A stretch of DNA of 64,000 bases. Origin: a virus. Its lineage: Duplodnaviria; Caudoviricetes. Below, one piece after another: positions 9,289-17,981 of this stretch; position 1 is the first letter of the stretch, and every line of letters starts with the position of its first letter. Position numbers and translations under genes: made by a program. The stretch spans positions 123,795 through 187,794 of the IMG/VR virus record IMGVR_UViG_3300014204_000114, one strand, 5' to 3'. The notes under the pieces are model-generated. The model worked only from the letters and a program-made list of their open reading frames with translations. It made no database searches and was not told where the DNA came from.

Positions 9289-9811
9289 TTTCTTTCCAAA
9301 ATTTCTTTTTCATTAAATAGTCTACTTCAACTAGAGTCTTTGCTTTGTATACTTCTAAAGCTTCGGACTGCACATGCACGGAGTCCTGCTGTCTCCAGAA
9401 GTACCCTGCATTAAGACCTAGCTTCTTAGCTTCCTTAGCATAAACTTTATAGCCTTTATCACTAGAGCTCCATATAGCCTCGCCGTTTTTACCAACTACA
9501 AAGCAGTCTATGGCCAATCCCCAGTTATGCCAGGAGTAGCCCGGGATGGCATTCGTAGCCCATTTGCCATTACTGGGACCTACTGTTTCAAGGCAGTAAG
9601 CAAGATACTTAGCTCCCTTAGTCCGGAGTTCGGCTATCTTAGTCATGATTTCTTCTTTACTTCTGGACTGTCTATAAAGTGAGGCTTGTTCGTATACATC
9701 TCTGAGCGTAAAAAAAGGACGCATGATAACGCCCTGTGCGGCGCAGTTCAAAATAAGCTGCTGCGCCTTATCCTTAAAAGTAGCATCAAGCAATTCTAAA
9801 TTAGCGGCCAT
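9278..9811 (-). CDS. M15-family peptidoglycan peptidase (endolysin candidate)
   Basis: TLR..EQASLY, TNAIPGYSWHNWGLAID, DSVHVQ Zn-ligand motifs. Confidence 0.85.
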   Translation of the reverse strand: MAANLELLDATFKDKAQQLILNCAAQGVIMRPFFTLRDVYEQASLYRQSRSKEEIMTKIAELRTKGAKYLAYCLETVGPSNGKWATNAIPGYSWHNWGLAIDCFVVGKNGEAIWSSSDKGYKVYAKEAKKLGLNAGYFWRQQDSVHVQSEALEVYKAKTLVEVDYLMKKKFWKENAV

Positions 9812-10418
9812 AATTCTTTTTCCATTCTTTGAAGTTCTTGTATTGTTTCTTTCTGTATTCTTTTGCCTTTTGCTTTTGCTCTTCCTTCTTTTTTTTCTGG
9901 GCGTCTGTGAGAGCCCTTTTTACCCTCTTTTTTCTTTCCGCAGGATCAGGTTCGCGCTGGCTAATCCAATCATCTATTTCTACTCTCTTATCTATAGCCT
10001 CTATAATTCTATTATACAATAATTCGGGGGTAAGAGAAGCAAGTTCTTCGCGTTGTATTTCAAGGTAGGAATAACCGGCGCCTATAGCAGCTCTTTTTTT
10101 AAGATCATCATATCTTTTTTGTTTGACTAGCTGCGTCAAAGCCCTGAAGTTATTATCTACATGCTCTTCTTTACCAAATACTATAGGTTTATAGTGCTGC
10201 TCCCCCTGGCATTCTATAATAAGCTTAAGATCCTTTATGAACCAGTCATACTTAAGCCTTTTGTTTGTTATAGAAGAGTTGAGTTTGTAGGAAGGATACT
10301 CCTGCAGGATGTTAAATAGGTTAAACTGAGGGATCTTATTAAGTAGTCTGCCTATAGTCTTATGAAAGTCGGATGCGTTTTTAGCGTATTTTTGATTTTG
10401 TATGGGCATAGATTCCAA
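9801..10418 (-). CDS. Vsr/DUF559-like endonuclease
   Basis: QEY..LKYDWFI..LIIECQGEQHY..DDLKK..AGYSYLEI; basic C-terminal tail. Confidence 0.75.
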   Translation of the reverse strand: MESMPIQNQKYAKNASDFHKTIGRLLNKIPQFNLFNILQEYPSYKLNSSITNKRLKYDWFIKDLKLIIECQGEQHYKPIVFGKEEHVDNNFRALTQLVKQKRYDDLKKRAAIGAGYSYLEIQREELASLTPELLYNRIIEAIDKRVEIDDWISQREPDPAERKKRVKRALTDAQKKKKEEQKQKAKEYRKKQYKNFKEWKKNYGR

Positions 10419-10674
10419 TAGTCCTTTGTAAATCTAAAAGTTTAAGTTCGTTTAAGAACTGCCCTAAGTCATTAAATACAATATCATCATCGATAAATTC
10501 GAGCTGGCCTCCCTTCAATTCCTCTAAATACATTTTATTTGTTTCTGCGTCGAAGAACTGAAGGAAGGTCCTAAGCCCTGCTGAAGTAGTAGACATGTGC
10601 CAATATCTCTCATTGGTGCCTACTAGAGGGTATATATTAGAATCAACAAGTTTAAATTTGGTATTTACTATCAT
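10381..10674 (-). CDS. hypothetical protein
   Basis: ORF coupled to neighbours. Confidence 0.6.
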   Translation of the reverse strand: MIVNTKFKLVDSNIYPLVGTNERYWHMSTTSAGLRTFLQFFDAETNKMYLEELKGGQLEFIDDDIVFNDLGQFLNELKLLDLQRTIGIYAHTKSKIR

Positions 10675-10985
10675 AGTTTACTGGGGTTAGCTTCTGAATC
10701 CTCAAGCTCTTTAAGAAGTGCTGCATAGATTTTTCCGTAATGATCCCCGCCGTTATAAGTAATGCCGGGAACTTCATGGACGGCTCCACAGCGAGAGCAC
10801 TTAAGGAAGTCAAAAGAGATTATGGCTGATGCGGGAGCCCCAAGCATTAAGGAATACTCGGCTTTAATCCTGGATATTTTTATCCTCTCGAACCACGTTG
10901 ACTTGCACACCTGGCACTCTAGAATCTCTTCCTTTTTTTGTTCCTGGTTTTGTACGACGATTTCTTTTCCTTTGTATATCTTCAT
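10671..10985 (-). CDS. zinc-ribbon protein
   Basis: CQVC..CSRC; AAGGAG RBS. Confidence 0.7.
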   Translation of the reverse strand: MKIYKGKEIVVQNQEQKKEEILECQVCKSTWFERIKISRIKAEYSLMLGAPASAIISFDFLKCSRCGAVHEVPGITYNGGDHYGKIYAALLKELEDSEANPSKL

Positions 10986-11091
10986 CTTCTTTCTCCTTTT
11001 CTTCTTCTGTTTTTTCTTCTAAATTAATAATATTGCCTTCGTCGTCTATTTTGAACTTTGTCTTTTTTGTCTTGTCTTTAAAAGTTATCAC
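10864..11091 (-). CDS. small charged hypothetical protein
   Basis: GGGGAG RBS with GTG start; overlaps downstream gene by 122 nt. Confidence 0.45.
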   Translation of the reverse strand: MITFKDKTKKTKFKIDDEGNIINLEEKTEEEKEKEDEDIQRKRNRRTKPGTKKGRDSRVPGVQVNVVREDKNIQD

Positions 11092-11827
11092 TCTTATGCT
11101 CCCCTTGTTTTACCGTTATGCACTTTTCGTAGAAGTCACAGCTGTTACAATGCGCCCCAATATTGGGGTATACAACCGCTTCACTAATATTAGTATACAC
11201 TGCCTCGACTGATTTTGCAACTGTTTTCTTCAGGTCTGGAGGGATTGATAACTCTTCTACATGAACAGATTTTTCTCCTATTACATGAGCGTTGACTTTT
11301 AGGGCTTTCCCGCCGTTTAATTTATCCAGAGCGTAGAACTTAGTCAGAGTAGCGAAGTCATTTGTTATACTTTTATAGTTAAAGCTAGAGGGCTTATCGA
11401 AAAACTGCACAAGCTCAACGCTTTTGTCCTTCATAAAGACTATATCAAATTCAATATCCACAGGGATTTTAGAGATGGGAAACGTCGCGCAGATATTAGT
11501 GATACTTTTGTCTTTCTTAGTTAAGTAGTACTCTGAGTAGTACTTATGTAGGATAGAGAGTATAGATATTGATTGACCTTTTATTTTATCGTAAGTGTCT
11601 AATGTCTTATCTGTTTCCGCGGACCAAAGTTCTCTGTCTACAGCCTTATTGATATGTTTGATAGAAGCATCAACGCCTGTTTCTTCCCTAAAACTATAGA
11701 GATACTGAATGCACCTTTTTATTATTACCTGTCGTTTGTCAGGCTCTGTAGGTGTGAACCCCCGCGATTTATAATTAAAGAACTTGCGAGGACACTGGAT
11801 ATAATATACTGCTTCTGAAGGGTTCAA
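11078..11827 (-). CDS. Cas4/RecB-like PD-(D/E)XK fold protein, catalytic motif degenerate
   Basis: N-terminal YIQCPRKF and C-terminal CNSCDFYEKC (4 Cys); motif III reads VQFFDK. Confidence 0.65.
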   Translation of the reverse strand: MNPSEAVYYIQCPRKFFNYKSRGFTPTEPDKRQVIIKRCIQYLYSFREETGVDASIKHINKAVDRELWSAETDKTLDTYDKIKGQSISILSILHKYYSEYYLTKKDKSITNICATFPISKIPVDIEFDIVFMKDKSVELVQFFDKPSSFNYKSITNDFATLTKFYALDKLNGGKALKVNAHVIGEKSVHVEELSIPPDLKKTVAKSVEAVYTNISEAVVYPNIGAHCNSCDFYEKCITVKQGEHKSDNF

Positions 11828-12222
11828 GACTCTGATCTTTTAATAAGTACCGCCGCGCCTTTATAATCAGTGAACCTAGGACTCAAAATTCCATTATCCC
11901 CTATAAGCCACCGAGGACAGAACTCCCTGGCGCCGAGTATATTATAGTCTACAAAATAGATCACATCATGAGCATTCCACCGGTCGTAATTGGGCTGGTA
12001 ATTAGCGAAGTATACCGACAAAAATTGCCTGTATGCTATTCCTCCGAATTTGGAAACAGCATGAGTGGTCCTGAGTTTATTATTGATAATGTCGGATTCT
12101 TCGTATCTAGGAACGACTATGAGGGGAGTGTCGCTATTGAGAGCCATATTATAAGCAGCGTGAAGAGCATCACCTTTCGCTTCCCTTACAAGTACCATAC
12201 CTCCCAAGTTCTTCTTGCTCAT
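11824..12222 (-). CDS. hypothetical protein
   Basis: AAGGAG RBS; coupled to neighbours. Confidence 0.6.
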   Translation of the reverse strand: MSKKNLGGMVLVREAKGDALHAAYNMALNSDTPLIVVPRYEESDIINNKLRTTHAVSKFGGIAYRQFLSVYFANYQPNYDRWNAHDVIYFVDYNILGAREFCPRWLIGDNGILSPRFTDYKGAAVLIKRSES

Positions 12223-12380
12223 TTCTTTCTCCTTAGTAATTGAAGAAGCTGTAGAGCTCTCTCAACCTCTTCAGGGTTTATATCTTTTGTGTTAAGCTTC
12301 TTTCTCTTGAGCGGAGAGAAATTAGCGAATAAATCTTTTAAATACTTATCTCTAGCCTCTTCTCTTTCATTGTCTACCAC
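12219..12380 (-). CDS. small hypothetical protein (53 aa, not in ORF track)
   Basis: GTG-VDNEREEARDKYLKDLF..LLRRKK; fills the gap and overlaps both neighbours. Confidence 0.5.
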   Translation of the reverse strand: MVDNEREEARDKYLKDLFANFSPLKRKKLNTKDINPEEVERALQLLQLLRRKK

Positions 12381-13168
12381 GGATAAACCTGTACCCCTGC
12401 CAGAATCATATTGTTTGTGAGGGATCTTCCATAGAATGCTCCAATAGCTATATTAGGGAATACTCTATACATTACCCCCGCGGCTACATGAGATTGAGAA
12501 ACATCCTGAGGGGTTACAGAAACATAACTAGATATGGCTAAAGGACTTTTTACGAGAGGGTTAAAGTTGATAACCTCAAGCCCTACTCCAACCCCAGTAT
12601 ATGTAAATTTATCTTCCTTGCTGTCTTGATAACCCGCATCTACAGTCAGTATAGGTCTTAAAGAAAATATCTTTTCTTTAGGTATTACAGGCAGAATCAC
12701 ATCTGTGACAAGAAGCTTCTTAAATTCGTCTGTGTACTCAGCGTCTTTTAGAGTAGAGACAAAAGCCCCGTCAGAGGAATTATATCTTAATACGTCATGT
12801 AAACGAAAGTACTTATCTGAGTGTACGTAGTCTATATCTATAGCTTCAAAGCAGTCCTCACATACAGTCTGTATCGGAGGTCCTGAGTCGTCCGGATTCT
12901 CCGGAGTCCTGTATATCACTTTAACTGTAGTTTTGCTTTTCTTTTCGGACTCAAATTCGAGTTTTCTTATTGTCTCCACTAAAGCTTTATCCAGCCTCTC
13001 GTACTGTATACCTGCTTCCTTAAGCTGTGCCGCAGCGTTACTGCCATACTTTTCGGCAATCATTAATTCGCTTTTCAGATCGTTGTATTGCCTTATACCT
13101 AAGTACAAAATAGTACAAAGCACTACGACTAAAGCTATTAGAAATAATGTCGGTTTTGTTTTATCCAT
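12374..13168 (-). CDS. membrane-anchored protein: N-terminal TM, coiled coil, C-terminal amphipathic beta-strands (spanin candidate)
   Basis: TLFLIALVVVLCTILYLGI TM; TGVGVGLEV..VAAGVMYR..IAIGAFYG..ILAGVQVYPW. Confidence 0.55.
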   Translation of the reverse strand: MDKTKPTLFLIALVVVLCTILYLGIRQYNDLKSELMIAEKYGSNAAAQLKEAGIQYERLDKALVETIRKLEFESEKKSKTTVKVIYRTPENPDDSGPPIQTVCEDCFEAIDIDYVHSDKYFRLHDVLRYNSSDGAFVSTLKDAEYTDEFKKLLVTDVILPVIPKEKIFSLRPILTVDAGYQDSKEDKFTYTGVGVGLEVINFNPLVKSPLAISSYVSVTPQDVSQSHVAAGVMYRVFPNIAIGAFYGRSLTNNMILAGVQVYPW

Positions 13169-13493
13169 TCTTCTTTGTTCTCTTTTTCTTCTTTTTATCT
13201 TTTGGCTTCTTTGTCAGGTACTCGTACTGTTTTAACAGGTTTATTTCCCGCGTATTATCATCGCTATCTATTACCACATTTATTATACCATCATTTTGGA
13301 GAGCTGTCTCTATCACTTCTTTTAAAGCTCTGCAGTTCTTTTGCTGTCTATGTCTTCCTGTATCAGTCAAAAACAGATCTGTACATCTTTCGAGACAAAC
13401 TATTACCGCTCTCCGCTGTTCCCTAAACGGACACCAGATATAATGGAATTCATTAGCTGGTCTTACCGCCTGTATTGTTTTACTCTTCTTCAT
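13161..13493 (-). CDS. Cys-rich basic hypothetical protein
   Basis: WCPF..VCLERC..NC; Lys-rich C-terminus. Confidence 0.55.
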   Translation of the reverse strand: MKKSKTIQAVRPANEFHYIWCPFREQRRAVIVCLERCTDLFLTDTGRHRQQKNCRALKEVIETALQNDGIINVVIDSDDNTREINLLKQYEYLTKKPKDKKKKKRTKKNG

Positions 13494-16011
13494 TCTCTTC
13501 TTCTCTTTCCTTATCTTCAACGCCGCAGCCCTTATCTATCATATCAAATGAACTTTGGCTAGACGAGAACTGCCTTTTCTCTCTTTTAGCTTTTGCTTCC
13601 TCTACTCTCTTTTGATTCTCAGCCTCTACTTCGTCAGCGCTAACACTTAAGCATATTGAAGACGCTGGGAAAAAATCCAAATATGTCGTCTTTTTATAAT
13701 CGCTTATCTTGTTTTTGCCAACTATAAACTCAAGTCGAGGGAGCTTAGCGGGTCTTCCATAACTATCATTTCCTATATGATAACATGTAGCATACTGTCC
13801 AGACTCGTGCATGTCATTATATAGGTGACTTATGAAATTAGTACGATATTGTATAGCAACAGTCTCAGATATATTGTTGTTGCTCGGCCTTATCCCGGGA
13901 CCTAATTTTGTATACTCCATAGTACTAAAAATAGGTATGTGTAACTCTACAGCCAATCCTTTTACTACGTCAGCCATAGTTTTGAACCTAACACGCTCAT
14001 CTTTATTACTAACATCTCTAAAATCGCCAAGGTTATGGAAGTTATCTAAGAAATAAACAACTTGTCTATCTGGATATTTACCTTGCCAATACTTTATTAA
14101 GTCTCTTGAATATTCTAAAGAGTTACCATTTGTTGCATCCTTCACGATAAAACGGCCACTGTTAGCCATATCTACGAGTTTTTTATATCCAGCTTCTCTT
14201 ATACTTCTGATCCTTTTTTCCGTACTCTTATCGTCGAAGAACGGATGTTTGATCTGATTGATAGATGGATATTCTTGTGGACCCATGTCTAAGACATCTG
14301 CCGCAGCAATACATATAAACTTGGGTAGGAGCTGCTGGAGCGAATCATCAATAGTATGATAAATGCACACAGCATTATTATCAACTTCCATTTTAGCTAT
14401 CTCGTAACAGATCTGGGCCGCGAGGCTGCTTTTTCCGGAATTCTCCTTTCCGCCTATGACTAACCAGACATCTTTTCTACACTCTCCGTCTATAGCTTCT
14501 TCTATATTTTTGAGTCTATCTAATTTAAAACCCCACTCTTTATCTGGGTCTTCCTCTGAAGCCTTTTGGTCATTTACCGTGTCTACAAAACTTAAAGAGT
14601 CGTAAGCTTCCAGAGCTCTAGAACCTTCCACTTCGTGTAGTTCTTTAATAGCACGCGTGAGAATGAGAGGAGCCTGTTCTGGATTTCTCCTCGCTTCCCT
14701 AAAAGTATTTTCTATAACATCATTTTGTCTAAATCTTACCTCTCTACCTTTTTCGGATTGAAGTCTCTGTAGTTCCGCGAGGATAAATGATACGTCTACT
14801 CCGCTCATAAGAGATAGTTTTTTTGCTAAGGGCTCCTGCAGAATAAGACTTCCTTCATTTAGAATAAAGGGGATCATCGTCTGGCAGACTTCCCGCCCGT
14901 CTAATTGGTCATCAAGTCTTGATAGCTGCCATTCGAAAGCTGTCCATGGCTCAAGAGCTTTAAAGGAGTCTATACCTCTTTCTCTTATATAATCGTCAGG
15001 ATCCATATCGAATGGTATTTTAACTATCCTAACACGCATATCCGTAAGGCCGCTAAAGAATTTCTTAAGAACGTCCTCTACTTTTTCTTGCCCTTCAAAA
15101 TCCCCGTCAAAACATAAGACTATATCGTTAATCTTCAATCTTCGAAGTTCGCTGACGTGAGACTCTGTAAAGGCCGTACCTCCTACGCAGACGACATTCT
15201 CCATTCCATGATGCCATGCTGTAATAGCGTCTGGATACCCTTCAACTATATATAGAGGTCCAGGAGCTTTCCTGGCTATATTAATACCGTATAGTCTTTT
15301 CCTTTTCTCGTATATATTAATCTCTCCGGAGCTTGTTTGATTAACGTATTTTGATGCGCCGCCGCCTTTAACAAAATCTAGATTCTTAGAAGCGAATCCT
15401 ATAGGAGTACCATACTCATCTTTGATAGTAAAAATCAAACAGTTTTGAGAGAAAAGATCACTTCTGGAGAGGTCGGCTTTTTTTAAAAACTCGGGAGTAT
15501 ACCCATTAGAGCCCATCATTTCGTGCCAGAATTCATCAAATGTAGAGACTGAACCTATACCCCACTCCCTTACTTTCTCTTCTTCCCATCCTCTACGAGC
15601 TATTTCCTGCTTCACTCTTTCTGAGAATATAGAAGTTGTAATGATTTGGTGAGCTACTTCGTAAGCGGAATAGACTTCAAGTCTTGCAAGTTGAGACTCA
15701 TCCAGTATTTCTTCATAAGGTTCTTCAAATAATTCGCATAAGTACTTGAGAGTGTCAGTAAAAAACTCAGGACCATGTGTTGGTTTGTCATCTAGGATCT
15801 TGCACGCGGAGAAGATATCAAATACCTTACCGCACCCAAAACAATAAAGATTGACTTTGTCCGGGGTTACATGCAGAGAAGCATTAGTGTCTGAGTGGTC
15901 TGGATTTATGCACCTATATAGACCGTTTTTAGCTCTTGGGATTTTCTTTAATTCGAGGTAGTCTTCTATATAAGGTTTAAATATCGCCTTTACATCTTCT
16001 ATAGTACGCAT
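13480..16011 (-). CDS. DnaG primase - DnaB-like helicase fusion
   Basis: CHC2 Zn finger (CINPDH..CFGC), SKYVN, TOPRIM VEGYPD and FDGD..DMDPDD, Walker A GGKENSGKS, Walker B YFLDNFH. Confidence 0.92.
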   Translation of the reverse strand: MRTIEDVKAIFKPYIEDYLELKKIPRAKNGLYRCINPDHSDTNASLHVTPDKVNLYCFGCGKVFDIFSACKILDDKPTHGPEFFTDTLKYLCELFEEPYEEILDESQLARLEVYSAYEVAHQIITTSIFSERVKQEIARRGWEEEKVREWGIGSVSTFDEFWHEMMGSNGYTPEFLKKADLSRSDLFSQNCLIFTIKDEYGTPIGFASKNLDFVKGGGASKYVNQTSSGEINIYEKRKRLYGINIARKAPGPLYIVEGYPDAITAWHHGMENVVCVGGTAFTESHVSELRRLKINDIVLCFDGDFEGQEKVEDVLKKFFSGLTDMRVRIVKIPFDMDPDDYIRERGIDSFKALEPWTAFEWQLSRLDDQLDGREVCQTMIPFILNEGSLILQEPLAKKLSLMSGVDVSFILAELQRLQSEKGREVRFRQNDVIENTFREARRNPEQAPLILTRAIKELHEVEGSRALEAYDSLSFVDTVNDQKASEEDPDKEWGFKLDRLKNIEEAIDGECRKDVWLVIGGKENSGKSSLAAQICYEIAKMEVDNNAVCIYHTIDDSLQQLLPKFICIAAADVLDMGPQEYPSINQIKHPFFDDKSTEKRIRSIREAGYKKLVDMANSGRFIVKDATNGNSLEYSRDLIKYWQGKYPDRQVVYFLDNFHNLGDFRDVSNKDERVRFKTMADVVKGLAVELHIPIFSTMEYTKLGPGIRPSNNNISETVAIQYRTNFISHLYNDMHESGQYATCYHIGNDSYGRPAKLPRLEFIVGKNKISDYKKTTYLDFFPASSICLSVSADEVEAENQKRVEEAKAKREKRQFSSSQSSFDMIDKGCGVEDKEREEENEEE

Positions 16012-16040
16012 TCGCTTACCCTCTTTTTGAAGTTTAGGTT

Positions 16041-16069
16041 AGATTAGCAGATTTTTAGGGAGATTGCAA
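16041..16069 (-). promoter_or_regulatory. sigma70-type promoter for primase-helicase
   Basis: Minus strand TTGCAA, 17 nt spacer ending TGC, TAATCT; GAGGG RBS downstream. Confidence 0.55.
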
Positions 16070-16074
16070 GCAAA

Positions 16075-17004
16075 TTATTCATCATCGTCTTCATCTGTCG
16101 GAGGTTGGATAGCTTCGCCGGCATAACATAGCTTTCTATAGTCACAATAAGAGCATTGGAAGTCGCCTACTGTCTTGCCTTTATAGAAATTCTCCATTTT
16201 TGTTTTTGAAATGAGCCCTAATTGGAAGTATCTTTTAGCTTTATCTTCAGTATAGGCGTAATCATAATCTCTCGGAGGGACTACGTCTTCTTTTATGTAG
16301 CGGCCTAGTAAAGCGAACCTGTCATATATATCTTCCATCGAGAAGTTAGCAACCAGCTCATAAGTTATATTCTCTTCTCTTTTATAGAGGGGTAGTCTTA
16401 CCATTCTGCCTGTAATAGGATCAGGAGTAGGATCACTTATAGCTACGTCGTAAACTATTCTTTTCGCATTGCCGCGGTCTATATAAAATAACTTAAAAGC
16501 TTCGTATTCTTTGAAATGATCTCTGTATAACAAGGTTTGTAGAAGGTGCTGGTCTTTGGGCTGGCCTCTTCTCTTTACTGTTCCTATAATTGTCGCGTCG
16601 GCCATATAAGAGTAAATGGTTTTAACTTCTACTCCTATTAAGCCCCCGGTTTCTTTGTTTTTTAATACCCCGTCTATCTTTCCGGAGATATTATAATTCT
16701 CATCCCTAAATTCTACCTGCGTACCTGCCAACACTTCTCCGTATCTCCAGAACTCCATTAAGGAGTCTTCTATATCCTTGCCGAATTGGCAGATATACTC
16801 CCCTCTGGCGGACATTGGAAGGGCGTCCTGACCTTTATTGGTTAATCTATAGTACGACTTGCGTATGCAGCCGCCTATAACGCGGGTAGATCCATCGATT
16901 TCTCTGCTTATAACAGAGGCTTCGGAAGGATAGAAGTATCCTGATACTTTTCTACCTGAATTATGGGTAGTAATAAGTTTGTCAGTAAACTCTAAGAGGT
17001 TCAA
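16075..17004 (-). CDS. Cas4-like PD-(D/E)XK exonuclease
   Basis: GCIRKSYY, ISGKIDG, VEVKT, HLLQTLLY, CSYCDYRKLC. Confidence 0.85.
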   Translation of the reverse strand: MNLLEFTDKLITTHNSGRKVSGYFYPSEASVISREIDGSTRVIGGCIRKSYYRLTNKGQDALPMSARGEYICQFGKDIEDSLMEFWRYGEVLAGTQVEFRDENYNISGKIDGVLKNKETGGLIGVEVKTIYSYMADATIIGTVKRRGQPKDQHLLQTLLYRDHFKEYEAFKLFYIDRGNAKRIVYDVAISDPTPDPITGRMVRLPLYKREENITYELVANFSMEDIYDRFALLGRYIKEDVVPPRDYDYAYTEDKAKRYFQLGLISKTKMENFYKGKTVGDFQCSYCDYRKLCYAGEAIQPPTDEDDDE

Positions 17005-17210
17005 AGATTATTAACTCGATTCGTTAGTACCGTTAATTGTGATTGTATACTATTAACTGTCGTTTGAAGTGTTTCTAGTGACGACTGTAATAGGACCATT
17101 AATTCGTTTAACTGTTTCTTAGAGGCTAGTTGGTCTGTTTTTTCTTGTAACAAATTAACTTGCTCTTCAATGTTGACTATCCTCTCTGTTTCAGCGGCAG
17201 ACCACGTCAT
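17001..17210 (-). CDS. small coiled-coil protein
   Basis: GGAG RBS before ATG 17210 (MTWSAAETER); heptad pattern. Confidence 0.6.
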   Translation of the reverse strand: MTWSAAETERIVNIEEQVNLLQEKTDQLASKKQLNELMVLLQSSLETLQTTVNSIQSQLTVLTNRVNNL

Positions 17211-17512
17211 GGTTTTATCTCCTCCGGGATTGATTCCTTTTCGCCCTCGCAACCAAGTTGGGGAGCTTCGGTTTTATTTTTCGTGTCTACGTAGTGGTGA
17301 CCGACATTTGCCGCGAAATATCCGCCGAGCGCAGCCAGCACTATCGTTGAAAGTATACCCTCGCTGAGAGGAAGACTCCACTGAATCCCAAAGGATCCAA
17401 GAGTTTGGACCAATATCCATGTGGATATATAGAGTCCGTAACTAACCTGAATAACCCATTTGGATAGTTTATACTTTCTCGAATCTCCGTTTATCTCAGC
17501 ATAGGTCGCCAT
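17207..17512 (-). CDS. holin-like 2-TM protein
   Basis: SRKY..TM..TM ending GGYFAANV, charged C-terminus. Confidence 0.6.
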   Translation of the reverse strand: MATYAEINGDSRKYKLSKWVIQVSYGLYISTWILVQTLGSFGIQWSLPLSEGILSTIVLAALGGYFAANVGHHYVDTKNKTEAPQLGCEGEKESIPEEIKP

Positions 17513-17513
17513 A

Positions 17514-17549
17514 TTATTTACAGCCCTTTTTCTTCTTTTTATCCGCCAT
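17514..17549 (-). CDS. 11-aa minigene MADKKKKKGCK
   Basis: GGGAGG RBS 8 nt upstream of ATG 17549; stop TAA lies 1 nt before the holin ATG. Confidence 0.45.
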   Translation of the reverse strand: MADKKKKKGCK

Positions 17550-17563
17550 TTTTTATTCCTCCC

Positions 17564-17914
17564 TTATTGATGATTTCCATTCCCATTAAGTTTGCCTATT
17601 AACCTACTAAGTTCTTGGGCAACTTCGGATATGGATTTATTGATTTCTTGGATTGTTTTATTGAAGTTAGAGGCTATTTCGGATACTGCTTTTTCCGTAG
17701 TGAACAGTCTCATTTCTGTTTTTTCAACGTCGCTTTTTTGGACAAAGGTTTTGAATGCATCGACTTGACATTTTTGGCACTCCTCTTTCTGGTGCTGGGT
17801 TTGAGTCTCGACAACATCAATCCTGCGTCCAAAAGTTATTGCGAAAAATGTAGAGACTACACCCCCGACAAAACCTGCAATTGCAAATAGGATTTTTATG
17901 AGTTCGCCGTCCAT
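17564..17914 (-). CDS. TM plus coiled-coil protein (holin/XhlA-like)
   Basis: N-terminal TM ILFAIAGFVGGVVSTFFAITF, CxxC, long coiled coil. Confidence 0.6.
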   Translation of the reverse strand: MDGELIKILFAIAGFVGGVVSTFFAITFGRRIDVVETQTQHQKEECQKCQVDAFKTFVQKSDVEKTEMRLFTTEKAVSEIASNFNKTIQEINKSISEVAQELSRLIGKLNGNGNHQ

Positions 17915-17943
17915 ATGGATCCTTGTTCAGTATTAAATTATAA

Positions 17944-17969
17944 GTGAGGGTGCAATTTGCCCCTGTCAC
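17944..17969 (-). terminator. imperfect hairpin at the end of the modification operon
   Basis: GTGA.GGG.GCA/loop/TGC.CCC..TCAC in a 67-nt intergenic gap; weak U tract. Confidence 0.3.
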
Positions 17970-17981
17970 CTATAGTATACA

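Noticed and set aside
10864-10985. 122-nt same-strand gene overlap as a programmed frameshift
   Set aside because: Both ORFs have their own RBS and no clear slippery site with downstream structure; long overlaps recur in this compact genome
11078-17004. CRISPR-Cas locus suggested by Cas4-like genes
   Set aside because: No repeat-spacer array, cas1 or cas2; stand-alone Cas4-like nucleases are common in phages
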